Below are positions 1 to 9,021 of a stretch of 60,487 nucleotides of DNA, in pieces. The DNA comes from an uncultured Acidobacteriota bacterium (lineage in GTDB: Bacteria > Acidobacteriota > UBA6911): positions 1 to 60,487 of the forward strand of contig CAYGWQ010000002.1 in assembly GCA_964353465.1 (NCBI GenBank), given 5' to 3'. The position numbers and the translations under genes were made by a program. A model generated the notes under the pieces. That model was not told the origin of the DNA, searched no databases, and saw only the letters and a program-made list of their open reading frames with translations. Every line of letters starts with the position of its first letter. Within the stretch, counting starts at the first letter, position 1.

Positions 1-200
1 AATAGCCCCGGGCGCAAGCCCGGGGTTGGATCGGAAAGCAGCGCGGAGCCCTGGAGGGGCGACAGAAAAATGTTGAGAACAAATACCTTTCGCCCCTGCC
101 GGAGCTCCATGAATAATATCCTATCCGGGGGCTTGCGCCCCCAGATACTATCTCTTAGCCCCTCCGGGGCTTCACCGCGAGGGCTCGAATGGCGTTTGGC
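1..200. repeat. Composite GC-rich hairpin repeat, family A (three sub-units, truncated by window edge)
   Basis: nt 1-66 match the reverse complement of 12021-12086 at about 64/66 positions by eye. nt 87-200 align with the reverse complement of 11886-12000. Hairpins: ccccgggc-gcaa-gcccgggg (6-25) and ccgggggc-ttgc-gcccccag (125-144). Confidence 0.8.
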
Positions 201-268
201 GATAGCTGCTTCCTAAGCAGCCGCGTTTGTGATAAAAGTTTTCAAATCGCTTGGATGCCGGGGAGGGC

Positions 269-2389
269 ATGATGGAGAAGGGCTGGTTAGTAATGTTGTT
301 TCTGGCGTCAGTAATGGTGCTTTCCGCGTTCTCAATGGGCGGCAAGATAAGCTATCCCGCTACCAGGAAGACCAGTCAGGTGGATGACTATTTCGGCGCC
401 AAAGTGGCCGATCCATACCGGTGGCTCGAAGACGACAGGTCGGCGGAGACAGCCCAATGGGTAGAAGCACAAAACGCTGTGACCTTCGACTACCTGGGCA
501 AGATTCCCTTTCGGGAGAAGCTGCACAAACGCTTAACCGAGATCTATAACTACCCCCGATATTCCTCTCCCACGCGTGCGGGCGAATATTATTTCTTCTC
601 GAAGAACGACGGCCTGCAGAATCAGTCCGTCATCTACTTCCAGAAGGGCCTGGACGGCCGGCCCGACGTTTTCGTCGATCCCAACCAGCTGTCGCCGGAC
701 GGCACGATTCGCGCAAGCCTCATCGGGTTTTCGGGCAACAAGAAATATGCAGCGATTTCCCGGGGCGAGGCAGGCTCGGACTGGTCGGAGATCCGGGTTA
801 TGGAAATTGCTACGAAAAAAGAGCTTCCCGACCGCATCCAGTGGATTAAGTTCTCGGCTGCAGCCTGGGCAGGCGATGGCTTTTTCTATGGCGGGTACGA
901 CAAGCCCGCCGCCGGTCAGGAACTTACGGCAAAAAACGAGTTCCAGAAAATCTTCTATCACAAACTCGGCGATCCGCAGGAAGCGGATCGCATCGTTTAC
1001 GAGGACAAGCAGCACCCGCTGCGCTATTTCGGCGTAAGCGTGACCGAGGACGAGATCTACGCTTTTCTCAACGTTTCCGAGGGCACATCCGGGACCGAAC
1101 TTTACTGGAAGGATCTCAGGGATGCGGGTGCCCCATTTGCCCTCCTGGTCAAGGGATTTGACAGCGACAGTGCGGTCATCGACGCCATTGGCAACCGGTT
1201 CCTGGTGTATACCAATCACAGCGCACCTGGCTTCAAGGTGGTCTCGATTGATCCCCGAAAGCCGGAGCCGGAAAACTGGCAAACTGTCATTCCGGAAAAG
1301 CCCGAGGTGTTAAGCTGGGCCAATACGGCCGGCGGGCAGCTTTTTTGCGGCTACCTGAAGGCCGCCAACACCAGAGTCTATCAGTACAGTCTCGACGGCA
1401 ATCTGGTCCGCGAGATCGAGCTGCCGGCTCTCGGCACTACCGATCCGATCGGGGGGTGGCGGGACGACACGACGCTGTTTTACTCCTTCACCTCGTTCAC
1501 TTTCCCACCGACGATCTATAAGTATGACATCGCCGGCGGCAAGAGCGACGTTTTTCGCCGTGCTGAAGTCCGGTTCACCCCGGGAGATTACGAGGTCGAG
1601 CAGGTTTTCTGCCGCAGCAAGGATCAGACCCGGGTGCCGATGTTTATCGTCCATAAGAAGGGCCTGGCACGCAACGGAGGCAATCCCTGCTACCTGACCG
1701 GTTACGGCGGTTTCAACATCAGCATGCAACCGGCATTCAATCCGTCCTTGATCGCCCTCCTGGAGAAGGGGTGCGTCTATGCGGAACCCAACCTGCGCGG
1801 CGGCGGTGAATACGGTGAGACCTGGCATAAGGCAGGCATGCTGCAGAAGAAGCAGAATGTTTTCGATGATTTTATCGCGGCGGCGGAGTACCTGATCGCT
1901 GCCGGGTACACCTCGAAAGACAAACTGGCGATCGCCGGCGGCTCTAACGGAGGCCTGCTAGTCGGAGCTGCGATGACCCAACGGCCCGACCTGTTCAAGG
2001 TCGCCCTGCCCGCGGTAGGCGTTATGGACATGCTGCGGTTCCACAAGTTTACCGTCGGCTGGGGCTGGGTCGTGGAGTATGGGTCAAGCGACAAGGAGAA
2101 GGACTTCCGCAACCTTTTCGCCTATTCGCCGCTGCACAACCTCAAGGATGGAGTCGCATATCCCGCTACGCTCGTGACCACTGCCGACCACGATGATCGG
2201 GTCGTCCCTGCCCACTCCTTCAAGTTCATCGCCACTCTTCAGGAGAAGCACAAGGGAGATAACCCGGTTCTCATCCGGATTGACACGCGCTCAGGGCACG
2301 GCGCCAGCAATGTGACCAAGAACATCGAAACCACGGCCGACATCTACGCTTTTTTCCTTCATAACGTGGGAGCGAAGGTGAAATATTGA
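269..2389 (+). CDS. Prolyl oligopeptidase (S9A serine peptidase), secreted
   Basis: The 712-aa ORF has an N-terminal hydrophobic signal-like segment, the typical POP N-terminus (DDYFG..VADPYRWLED), the catalytic Ser motif GGSNGGLL and a C-terminal D/H region (ADHDDRV, SGHG). The track start is TTG at 251. ATG at 269/272, after GGGGAGGG, is preferred. Confidence 0.9.
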   Translation: MMEKGWLVMLFLASVMVLSAFSMGGKISYPATRKTSQVDDYFGAKVADPYRWLEDDRSAETAQWVEAQNAVTFDYLGKIPFREKLHKRLTEIYNYPRYSSPTRAGEYYFFSKNDGLQNQSVIYFQKGLDGRPDVFVDPNQLSPDGTIRASLIGFSGNKKYAAISRGEAGSDWSEIRVMEIATKKELPDRIQWIKFSAAAWAGDGFFYGGYDKPAAGQELTAKNEFQKIFYHKLGDPQEADRIVYEDKQHPLRYFGVSVTEDEIYAFLNVSEGTSGTELYWKDLRDAGAPFALLVKGFDSDSAVIDAIGNRFLVYTNHSAPGFKVVSIDPRKPEPENWQTVIPEKPEVLSWANTAGGQLFCGYLKAANTRVYQYSLDGNLVREIELPALGTTDPIGGWRDDTTLFYSFTSFTFPPTIYKYDIAGGKSDVFRRAEVRFTPGDYEVEQVFCRSKDQTRVPMFIVHKKGLARNGGNPCYLTGYGGFNISMQPAFNPSLIALLEKGCVYAEPNLRGGGEYGETWHKAGMLQKKQNVFDDFIAAAEYLIAAGYTSKDKLAIAGGSNGGLLVGAAMTQRPDLFKVALPAVGVMDMLRFHKFTVGWGWVVEYGSSDKEKDFRNLFAYSPLHNLKDGVAYPATLVTTADHDDRVVPAHSFKFIATLQEKHKGDNPVLIRIDTRSGHGASNVTKNIETTADIYAFFLHNVGAKVKY

Positions 2390-2410
2390 CTGCATAGGGA
2401 GGCTATCAGG

Positions 2411-2689
2411 ATGAACGCAGGTACAACTGCCGCGATCGCCGTTGCGATTGCTCAGGCTATAAAAGCTTCAGGAGTGATCGTGCATGTAAAGGAGCGCGAC
2501 TTTATGTCGATCCTCGCGCGGGCGGAGGAGCCTCTCGTGGTGTGCGCGAAAGGCGGTTTCTTCTCCGCCAACTATCAATACCTCACCAGCTACAAGGGCC
2601 TGGCATTTTACGCCAAATCCCGGAGCCCGCTTCCGCTCCCCGCCACCGCCGAGCTGGTGACCGCCGCGAGGATCTGGATTCCGGGATAA
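2411..2689 (+). CDS. Small conserved hypothetical protein (92 aa)
   Basis: Clean ORF preceded by GGGAGG 8 nt upstream of the ATG and followed by a 12-bp hairpin. No recognisable motif. Confidence 0.55.
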   Translation: MNAGTTAAIAVAIAQAIKASGVIVHVKERDFMSILARAEEPLVVCAKGGFFSANYQYLTSYKGLAFYAKSRSPLPLPATAELVTAARIWIPG

Positions 2690-2723
2690 CTTCAAGGAAG
2701 ACGAGAACCACGAAGACCTCAAA

Positions 2724-2758
2724 GACCGCAAAGAATTTCATGCATTTTCTTTGCGGTC
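2724..2758 (+). terminator. Hairpin, putative terminator of the 2411-2689 gene
   Basis: gaccgcaaagaa / ttctttgcggtc forms a 12-bp perfect stem with an 11-nt loop, 35 nt after the stop. There is no clear U-tract. Confidence 0.45.
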
Positions 2759-2798
2759 CTATTGATGACCGTAAAGCCTGAGTGACAGGAGCCAATAT

Positions 2799-2890
2799 CC
2801 CAGCCCCATAGGGGCGGCAGATAATAGCCCCGGGCGGCGAGAGCCCGGGGTTGATAGCCGGTGTAGGAAGAGCCCTGGAAGGGCGACACT
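2799..2890. repeat. Single unit of repeat family A
   Basis: cccagcccc..taggggcggcag..aatagccccgggc-ggcgaga-gcccggggt..agccctggaagggcgaca aligns with the reverse complement of 12021-12112. Hairpin at 2828-2850. Confidence 0.75.
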
Positions 2891-3950
2891 CCTACCCATG
2901 GAATGGCGTCACTATTTTATCTGACCTTCCACGATAGTAAGCAACCTCGACCAACAGGCACAGGCGAAGATGAGACCGCCGCCAATGTGCCCATAGGCCA
3001 CATTTCTCGATCCTGGCTGAATCTCAGGATGGCCGGGCAAGTGTTGAGGCGATGATCGGCATTCGTTCGAACGAGGATGGTTTGCAGGGAACTCCAGCGC
3101 TCTTTCTCCCTAAGCGAGAGCAGTGCGCGGCGTCCCCGGCATGTGATCAAATATGCAGAAGCCTATTTCATAGGGTCTTCTCCAAAGTGAGTGGGTAAAT
3201 TTTTACTCCTCAGAGAGCTTTTGACCAGACTTTGATGCTCCTTCAAGCCGATTTGGATTTTTCAGGCATAGCTCCGAGGTCGATGCGTACTTGCGATCCA
3301 TGCTTCTCGCAGCTAGAGTATGATTGCCTGGTGAAACGGAGTCAGGCTCTGCGGGGACGCAACCTGATGAGGGATAGCCGCCGACGGTGCGCCGGTGGTG
3401 CATCAGGCCTTTAGAGACAGTTGTTGTCAAAGGCCGTTTTCGTTGCCGGCCATCGGACACCGGAGATATGCCTCCGAATATCATCGGGTCTGGGGCAGAG
3501 CCCCAGAATCCGATTCATGCAGCTGTTGGGCATTTTAAATCTCCGGGAGCATGCAGGTCAGTATCTTCAGGCGCAGATATTCCTCGCCAACGATTCCCCT
3601 AATGGATGAAAGGGGATGAAAGCCGGGAAAGCGGCACGCCTCTGTAAGGTGTCGATGAAATCGCATCTGCAAATCACACCAAATATCCTGGCGAGCAAAA
3701 ACTGGCGAAACGCGCGCCCAGAGCCAGTTTCAAGATATTACCTGCCGATTTTTACTCACTCGCTAAGGATAAGGAGAAGACCCGAAATATAATTATTATA
3801 TCCCCAGATCTGGATGCGATACCTCAACGAACAGACCGGAACGGCGTTTATCTTTGGCGCCCATGGGGGTGTTTCCGTCATCCGGCCGTCAGTGCCTGCT
3901 TGCGACTGCACTCTGCACCTCAGGCCGGACGACGGAAAACGCCTCTCGCG

Positions 3951-4823
3951 TTACTTCCCAGTGTTTACGTATTGGATGCAGTCTCCTTGGTTTTTAAAAG
4001 GACTGCCGTCCGCCCTCATCAGTGTCTGCCATCCTCCGTTCTTGCAGGCGTTCTTCGTTGTAGCCACGGGGACGTATTCCGACAAGCCGTCCAGCGAGAT
4101 GATAGCGGGCGGCAATTGAATAAAAAGGTCGTATAAGGACGTGGCCGTCCAGGTGCTCGTATCGATGCTGTAGACTGCCGTTGCGGACGCGGGCTCATTG
4201 TACCAGGTCACCGCGAACAAGTTGCCGGCTTTATCAAACTCCCATCCATCTATCATGCCGATGCCCTTCACTCCGGGCATCGGGCCCGTTCCGAGTTGAG
4301 TGAACGGGGTGGTCATGATGTCGGGTGACGTGTAGACCAGGCTTCCCTCGAGCTTCGGGGGACCTGAGTATCCCCAGGATGTCGCGTACCAAAGCCCATC
4401 GTGGTAGTCCAGACCGCAATCGGGGTAAGGGCCGACAAAGGCCCCCAAAGTGGCGCCAACGACGTCACCGTCAGCATCCAGTAGGATTTCCATCGCATAG
4501 CCTCGGATCGTCGACCCGCTGGTCGCATTCTCGACGGCGTATAGTCTGCCGTTGTTAAAGTCGAGGGCGTTTACCTGGGAGAACGTCTGCCCCAGGAATC
4601 CGGCGATTGATGTGTCCGAGAGAGCGGCTCCGGTGTACCGGTCGATCTTGGCAATCTTGAAGTCATGCGTGTCCAAATAACCCGGAATTGTGTCGTAGGT
4701 GTTGTGACTCGCGTAGAGGTATTTCCCGCTATCCGCAAGGCCACTAATCCACATCCAGTTGTGGGTCCCGAAGCTGAAGGTTGTGCTAATCAATCCAGTG
4801 GGTGTATCGAACTTGAAGATCAT
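3951..4823 (-). CDS. Hypothetical secreted protein, N-terminus apparently disrupted (possible pseudogene)
   Basis: 290-aa ORF with coding-like composition, rich in G/T/S/Y/W/D, and a Cys-containing C-terminal module (ACKNGGWQT..FKNQGDCIQYV). A good RBS and signal-peptide start lie at 4953 but are out of frame (see finding). Confidence 0.55.
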   Translation of the reverse strand: MIFKFDTPTGLISTTFSFGTHNWMWISGLADSGKYLYASHNTYDTIPGYLDTHDFKIAKIDRYTGAALSDTSIAGFLGQTFSQVNALDFNNGRLYAVENATSGSTIRGYAMEILLDADGDVVGATLGAFVGPYPDCGLDYHDGLWYATSWGYSGPPKLEGSLVYTSPDIMTTPFTQLGTGPMPGVKGIGMIDGWEFDKAGNLFAVTWYNEPASATAVYSIDTSTWTATSLYDLFIQLPPAIISLDGLSEYVPVATTKNACKNGGWQTLMRADGSPFKNQGDCIQYVNTGK

Positions 4824-5392
4824 GGGGCTCGGCCCGCTTGCCCCACTTCCCCAGTCTGGACTTCCAGTTCCTCATAATTCCTGAGCGCCGCAAAGGCTGC
4901 TGCCCACCAGGATAACTCCAACCACTGCTAGAATTGTCAGTAACTTTTTCATTTTGAGGTTCCTTTCAAAGATCAAGTTTTTCGTGGGATCCTCCGTCGT
5001 TTTTGTCAGTTCACCGCTAGCTTCCCGGAAGTAGGAAATCAATTTCATGCTCCCAGAAGTTGAGCCTCACAATCCTATTGCCAGAGGCTTGGCGATTCGC
5101 GAGAGCTATCTCCCTAATCCCTGCAGTCGAGGGGGATCGACCGCAAAATACCGGATCGAAATGGCAAGAAAATTAGATGTTACTCATTATTTTTATATAC
5201 CAGATTGGCTGCGCACCTCAAGGAAAATGATTCTATGGGCCAATCAGTTTGATATTGGAATGTTGATTTTAGGGAATGTTTTCAGACCATCTACAATACC
5301 GTAATGATGAAGTCCAGTTAACCTGCCACGCCTCCGGCCTCCCTTTTTTCGAACTGGCTGCCGGTTTATCAATCCATGGTGCCGGGATGCCA

Positions 5393-6466
5393 TCAAAATC
5401 CGACGAGGACGGGTTCGGGGATTAGTTCGATACCGAAGGATTGATGGACGGCGGATTGGATTTCGCGCATCAGGTCCAGCAGTTCCTGGGCGGTAGCGCC
5501 GCCCCGATTGATCAGGGCGAGTGCGTGCTTGCTCGACAGGCCCGCACGGCCACGGCTGTAACCCTTGGCGAAACCTGCGTGCTCGATGAGCCAGGCTGCC
5601 GGCAGCTTTATCATGCCGTCGGGCATGGCATATCGAGGCATGGACTCGCCCGCCGGAATCCGCCCGAGGCGTCTTGCAGCATCTTCAATGGGCGGGATCC
5701 TGTCTTGGGGAACGACCGGGTTCTTGAAGAAGGAGCCCGCGCTTTTGCCATTGGGATCCCCTGGCCGGAGGACCATGGACTTGCTTTCCCGGATGCGCAA
5801 GACTGCCGCGCGCACTTTTGCCAGGCTGGGGCGTCCGGTACGGCCTGCGAGGTTGCGGAGCAGGTCCGGGTAGGTGATCTGCGGCTCTCCTGCGGCCCGC
5901 AAGGCGTAGGTAACGGACAGGACGACATAGCGGTTGCGGTCTCCTGTGTTGAACACGCTGGTTCTGTAGGCAAAGCCGCATTCCTCATTGCTCATCACGA
6001 CTACCCGCCGGGTTTTGCGATCCACAGCGCGCACGGAGACAATTACCTCGCCCACCTCCTGGCCGTAAGCGCCGACATTCTGCACCGGCGTGCCGCCCAC
6101 CGTGCCCGGAATGCCGCTCAAGCATTCGAGCCCGGCCAGATTCTGTTCCACGCAGCGGCTGACAAACGGGTCCCACTCTTCGCCTGCGCCGGCCGTGACG
6201 AGCCCGCTGGTTGCTTTTTCGATGCCGGGCACTGCGATCCGGATGACAAGGCCGGGAAAGCCCGCATCGGAAACGAGGATATTGGTTCCGCCCCCCAGGA
6301 TGAAGACCTGCAGGCCGTGAAGCTCCGCAAACTCGAGGGCGTCGATTACCTGGGCTTCGGTCTGAGCCTCGGCCAGGAGCCGTGCCGGCCCGCCGACTCC
6401 CAGTGAAGTGAAAGGAGCCAGCGGCACATTCTCTCGAAAATCCAAAGTGGCAGGAGAGGATCTCAT
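5393..6466 (-). CDS. murB: UDP-N-acetylenolpyruvoylglucosamine reductase
   Basis: N-terminal FAD-binding domain pattern (PLAPFTSLGVGGPA, ILGGGTNILV) and MurB C-terminal domain (GSFFKNP, SxKHALALIN). Confidence 0.9.
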   Translation of the reverse strand: MRSSPATLDFRENVPLAPFTSLGVGGPARLLAEAQTEAQVIDALEFAELHGLQVFILGGGTNILVSDAGFPGLVIRIAVPGIEKATSGLVTAGAGEEWDPFVSRCVEQNLAGLECLSGIPGTVGGTPVQNVGAYGQEVGEVIVSVRAVDRKTRRVVVMSNEECGFAYRTSVFNTGDRNRYVVLSVTYALRAAGEPQITYPDLLRNLAGRTGRPSLAKVRAAVLRIRESKSMVLRPGDPNGKSAGSFFKNPVVPQDRIPPIEDAARRLGRIPAGESMPRYAMPDGMIKLPAAWLIEHAGFAKGYSRGRAGLSSKHALALINRGGATAQELLDLMREIQSAVHQSFGIELIPEPVLVGF

Positions 6467-6499
6467 TTCACCAATCCGTAAATGAGTGATTCCGGGAGT

Positions 6500-7411
6500 T
6501 CAATCCAGGTACCTGTTCATCAAATCCTGATAGGCATCCAGCCGGCGGTCCCGCAGAAAGGGCCAGTGGGTGCGCATGGTGTCCACCATTTCCAAGTTGC
6601 AGGGGAGAATCAGGATTTCTTCCCGGTCATGGGAACATCGTTCCAGCACGTTTCCTCCCGGATCGCAGGCGAAGCTGGCACCCCAGAATTCGATGCCGCC
6701 CGGCTGCATCCCTTCGTGTCCCGTCCGGTTGATCGCTGCAACATATACGCCGTTGGCGATGGCATGGCTCCGCTGAATCGTCTCCCACGCGGAGTGCTGG
6801 CTTGCACCATACTCCGGTTTTTCGCTCGGATGCCATCCGATGGCAGTCGGGTAGAACAGGATGCGAGCACCATGCAGCGCCGTCAGTCGTGCCGCTTCGG
6901 GATACCATTGGTCCCAGCAGATGAGAACGCCGATCCTGCCGTAGCGCGTATCCCAGGCCTGGAAGCCTAAATCCCCGGGAGTGAAGTAGAACTTTTCATG
7001 GTAGAGCGGATCATCAGGGATGTGCATCTTGCGATACTTGCCCACGTAGGTCCCATCGGCATCGATGACGGCCGCCGTATTGTGGTACACTCCGGGCGCG
7101 CGGCGTTCGAACAGGGGTGCGATCAACACAACTTCGAGTTCACGGGCCAGTGAGCCCAGACGCTCGGTGGTAGGACCGGGAACTTTCTCGGCCAGGCCGA
7201 AATGGTCGTGATCTTCGGTCTGACAAAAATACAAGCTTTTAAACAGCTCGGGCAGGCAGATGATCTGTGCGCCACGGGCGGCGGCCTGCCGGATCTGTTC
7301 TACAGCCTTTAGCAGGTTTGCCAGGGGATCACTGCCGCATAACATCTGGATCAAGCCGATTGTAACGATCATGTTCTTGGCATCCTTTACTTGCAGCGCA
7401 GAATCAATCAT
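6500..7411 (-). CDS. aguB: N-carbamoylputrescine amidase (carbon-nitrogen hydrolase family)
   Basis: Nitrilase-superfamily E-K-C triad context (LPELF, YRKMHIPDDP, VLICWDQWYPEAAR) and the CPA-type YPTAIGW motif. An alternative start is the ATG at 7372 (MIVTIGLIQM). Confidence 0.85.
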   Translation of the reverse strand: MIDSALQVKDAKNMIVTIGLIQMLCGSDPLANLLKAVEQIRQAAARGAQIICLPELFKSLYFCQTEDHDHFGLAEKVPGPTTERLGSLARELEVVLIAPLFERRAPGVYHNTAAVIDADGTYVGKYRKMHIPDDPLYHEKFYFTPGDLGFQAWDTRYGRIGVLICWDQWYPEAARLTALHGARILFYPTAIGWHPSEKPEYGASQHSAWETIQRSHAIANGVYVAAINRTGHEGMQPGGIEFWGASFACDPGGNVLERCSHDREEILILPCNLEMVDTMRTHWPFLRDRRLDAYQDLMNRYLD

Positions 7412-7436
7412 AGCCTAAACCGGGAAATACACGAAA

Positions 7437-7681
7437 TGCATGGAGCAGCATAGCCGTAATTCAAACTAAAATGAAACGGAGAGCCGCGGAGAAAAGGAAC
7501 CTCGAAGGGGCGGCAGACAACAGCTACGGCCGTGAGACCGGGGTGTTCAGGCAATAGCCATGAGTGCCGAAGGACCGGCACAGATGTTGTGCCGGTCCTT
7601 CGGACCTCAATGCTCTGTCTCACTCAACCCCGCCCTCACGGGCGGGGCTAATCTCTGCCGGCGCTTCGCGCCTCCTTGCTC
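7437..7681. repeat. Repeat family B, copy 1 (about 245 nt, multi-hairpin)
   Basis: Its reverse complement aligns along its length with 15241-15483 (roughly 80-85% identity by eye). It contains a 15-bp perfect hairpin (7567-7581 / 7589-7603) and ccccgccc-tcac-gggcgggg (7628-7647). Confidence 0.8.
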
Positions 7682-7749
7682 AGCGTTTCGGTAGCGAGAA
7701 TCCTTTCATTCGTGCAAAGGATTCGAGTAAACACTAATCAGGTTGACGA

Positions 7750-9021
7750 ATGAAGGTTAGTCAGGAGAATCGCCGCGGGGCGGCCCGAGTAGGGAGTGGT
7801 GGCAATCGCATGGCAACCGGCACGGCAGGACTGAAAACGACAGAAGAGCTGAAAGTCCCCCGCGAAGGCCTGGCAGCCGATGGCGGCAAAGCCGGCGGCC
7901 AGCGCTACGGTTTTGTCGATCTCCTGCGCGGATTGGCACTCGTGGTGATGATTGAAACGCATGTGGTGAACGCCTATCTGCCGGCGGCGCTGCGCAGGAG
8001 TGAGTTTTTCTTCTGGCTTTCCTTCGTGAACGGGCTGGTCGCCCCCTCGTTTCTGTTTGCCTCAGGTTTTTCGATTGTACTCCAGGCACGCCGCAAGTGG
8101 GAGGACTGGCTGCACCTCGGCCCTGCTTTCTGGAAACAGATGCGGCGCATGGGATTCATCCTGCTGGTTGCCTACTACATCCACCTCCCCGATTTCGGAT
8201 TGCGCAAGTTTCTGGTTCCACACGACCTGGCGTTCTGGAAAAGAGCGTTCCAGGTCGATATCCTCCAGTGCATTGTCGTTTCTCTGCTGGCGGCCAATGC
8301 CCTGATTCTGCTGACGCGCAAGCGCGGAGTCTTTTTCTGGGCGGCGGCCTCGGTCGGTGTTGCGGCAGCGCTGGCCACGCCCTGGATTTGGGCTCAGGAC
8401 TTCACAACGCGCTGGCCTCTCTTCGTGGCTATGTTTCTGAATCCGCACGGGGTTTCGCTCTTTCCGCTATTCCCCTGGATCAGTTTTGTCCTGGCCGGCA
8501 GCTGCGCTGCCCACCTGTTCCTGAATGCTGTGGAAAAACGGGCCGACGCGCGCTTCATGCAGCGTGCGTTTTTTGTCGGGGCGGTCGCCGTTGCCTGCGG
8601 CTGGCTGGCGCGCTACTTGCCGCTGTTCAGCGCCTGGAACGTCGGGTATTACCGGACGAGCCCGTTGTATGTTCTTGTGCGCCTGGGCTGTGTAGTGATT
8701 CTTTGCGCCGGGCTTTACGCCATGGAGAAGCGCCTCGGATGGGTGCCGGGTGCCATCCGTCTGGCGGGCCAGGAATCGCTGCTGGTATACACGCTGCATC
8801 TGATGCTCATATTCAGCATCCTGCGGGGCAAGTGGGCGGCTGCCATAGTGGGCCTGGAGGCGGCGTATGCCACATGCTTTCTGATGAGCGCGGCGATCAT
8901 CGTTCTCATGCTCTGGCTGGCGGGTATTTGGCACACCCTGAAGCGCAACCGTCCCGGAATGGCGAGAGCCGCCCTGGCAGCCCTTGTCGGTATCAACTGT
9001 CTTCTTTTTCTTCTCCTGTAG
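7750..9021 (+). CDS. DUF1624 / heparan-alpha-glucosaminide N-acetyltransferase-like membrane acyltransferase
   Basis: Polytopic membrane protein with the family-typical N-terminal motif FVDLLRGLALVVMIETH. The start is uncertain (ATG at 7750 or 7810). Confidence 0.7.
   Translation: MKVSQENRRGAARVGSGGNRMATGTAGLKTTEELKVPREGLAADGGKAGGQRYGFVDLLRGLALVVMIETHVVNAYLPAALRRSEFFFWLSFVNGLVAPSFLFASGFSIVLQARRKWEDWLHLGPAFWKQMRRMGFILLVAYYIHLPDFGLRKFLVPHDLAFWKRAFQVDILQCIVVSLLAANALILLTRKRGVFFWAAASVGVAAALATPWIWAQDFTTRWPLFVAMFLNPHGVSLFPLFPWISFVLAGSCAAHLFLNAVEKRADARFMQRAFFVGAVAVACGWLARYLPLFSAWNVGYYRTSPLYVLVRLGCVVILCAGLYAMEKRLGWVPGAIRLAGQESLLVYTLHLMLIFSILRGKWAAAIVGLEAAYATCFLMSAAIIVLMLWLAGIWHTLKRNRPGMARAALAALVGINCLLFLLL

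Noticed and set aside
4872-4874. In-frame TGA upstream of the 290-aa secreted ORF as a selenocysteine codon, given that selB is present
   Set aside because: A frameshift is also needed to join the signal peptide. Only weak 4-5-bp hairpins follow the TGA, with no convincing bacterial SECIS, and a Sec directly after a signal-peptide cleavage region has no functional rationale.
5047-5304. 85-aa plus-strand ORF in the AT-rich gap between the secreted-protein gene and murB
   Set aside because: It has no RBS, odd composition and no recognisable motif. The region more plausibly serves as the promoter/leader of the minus-strand gene starting at 4953.
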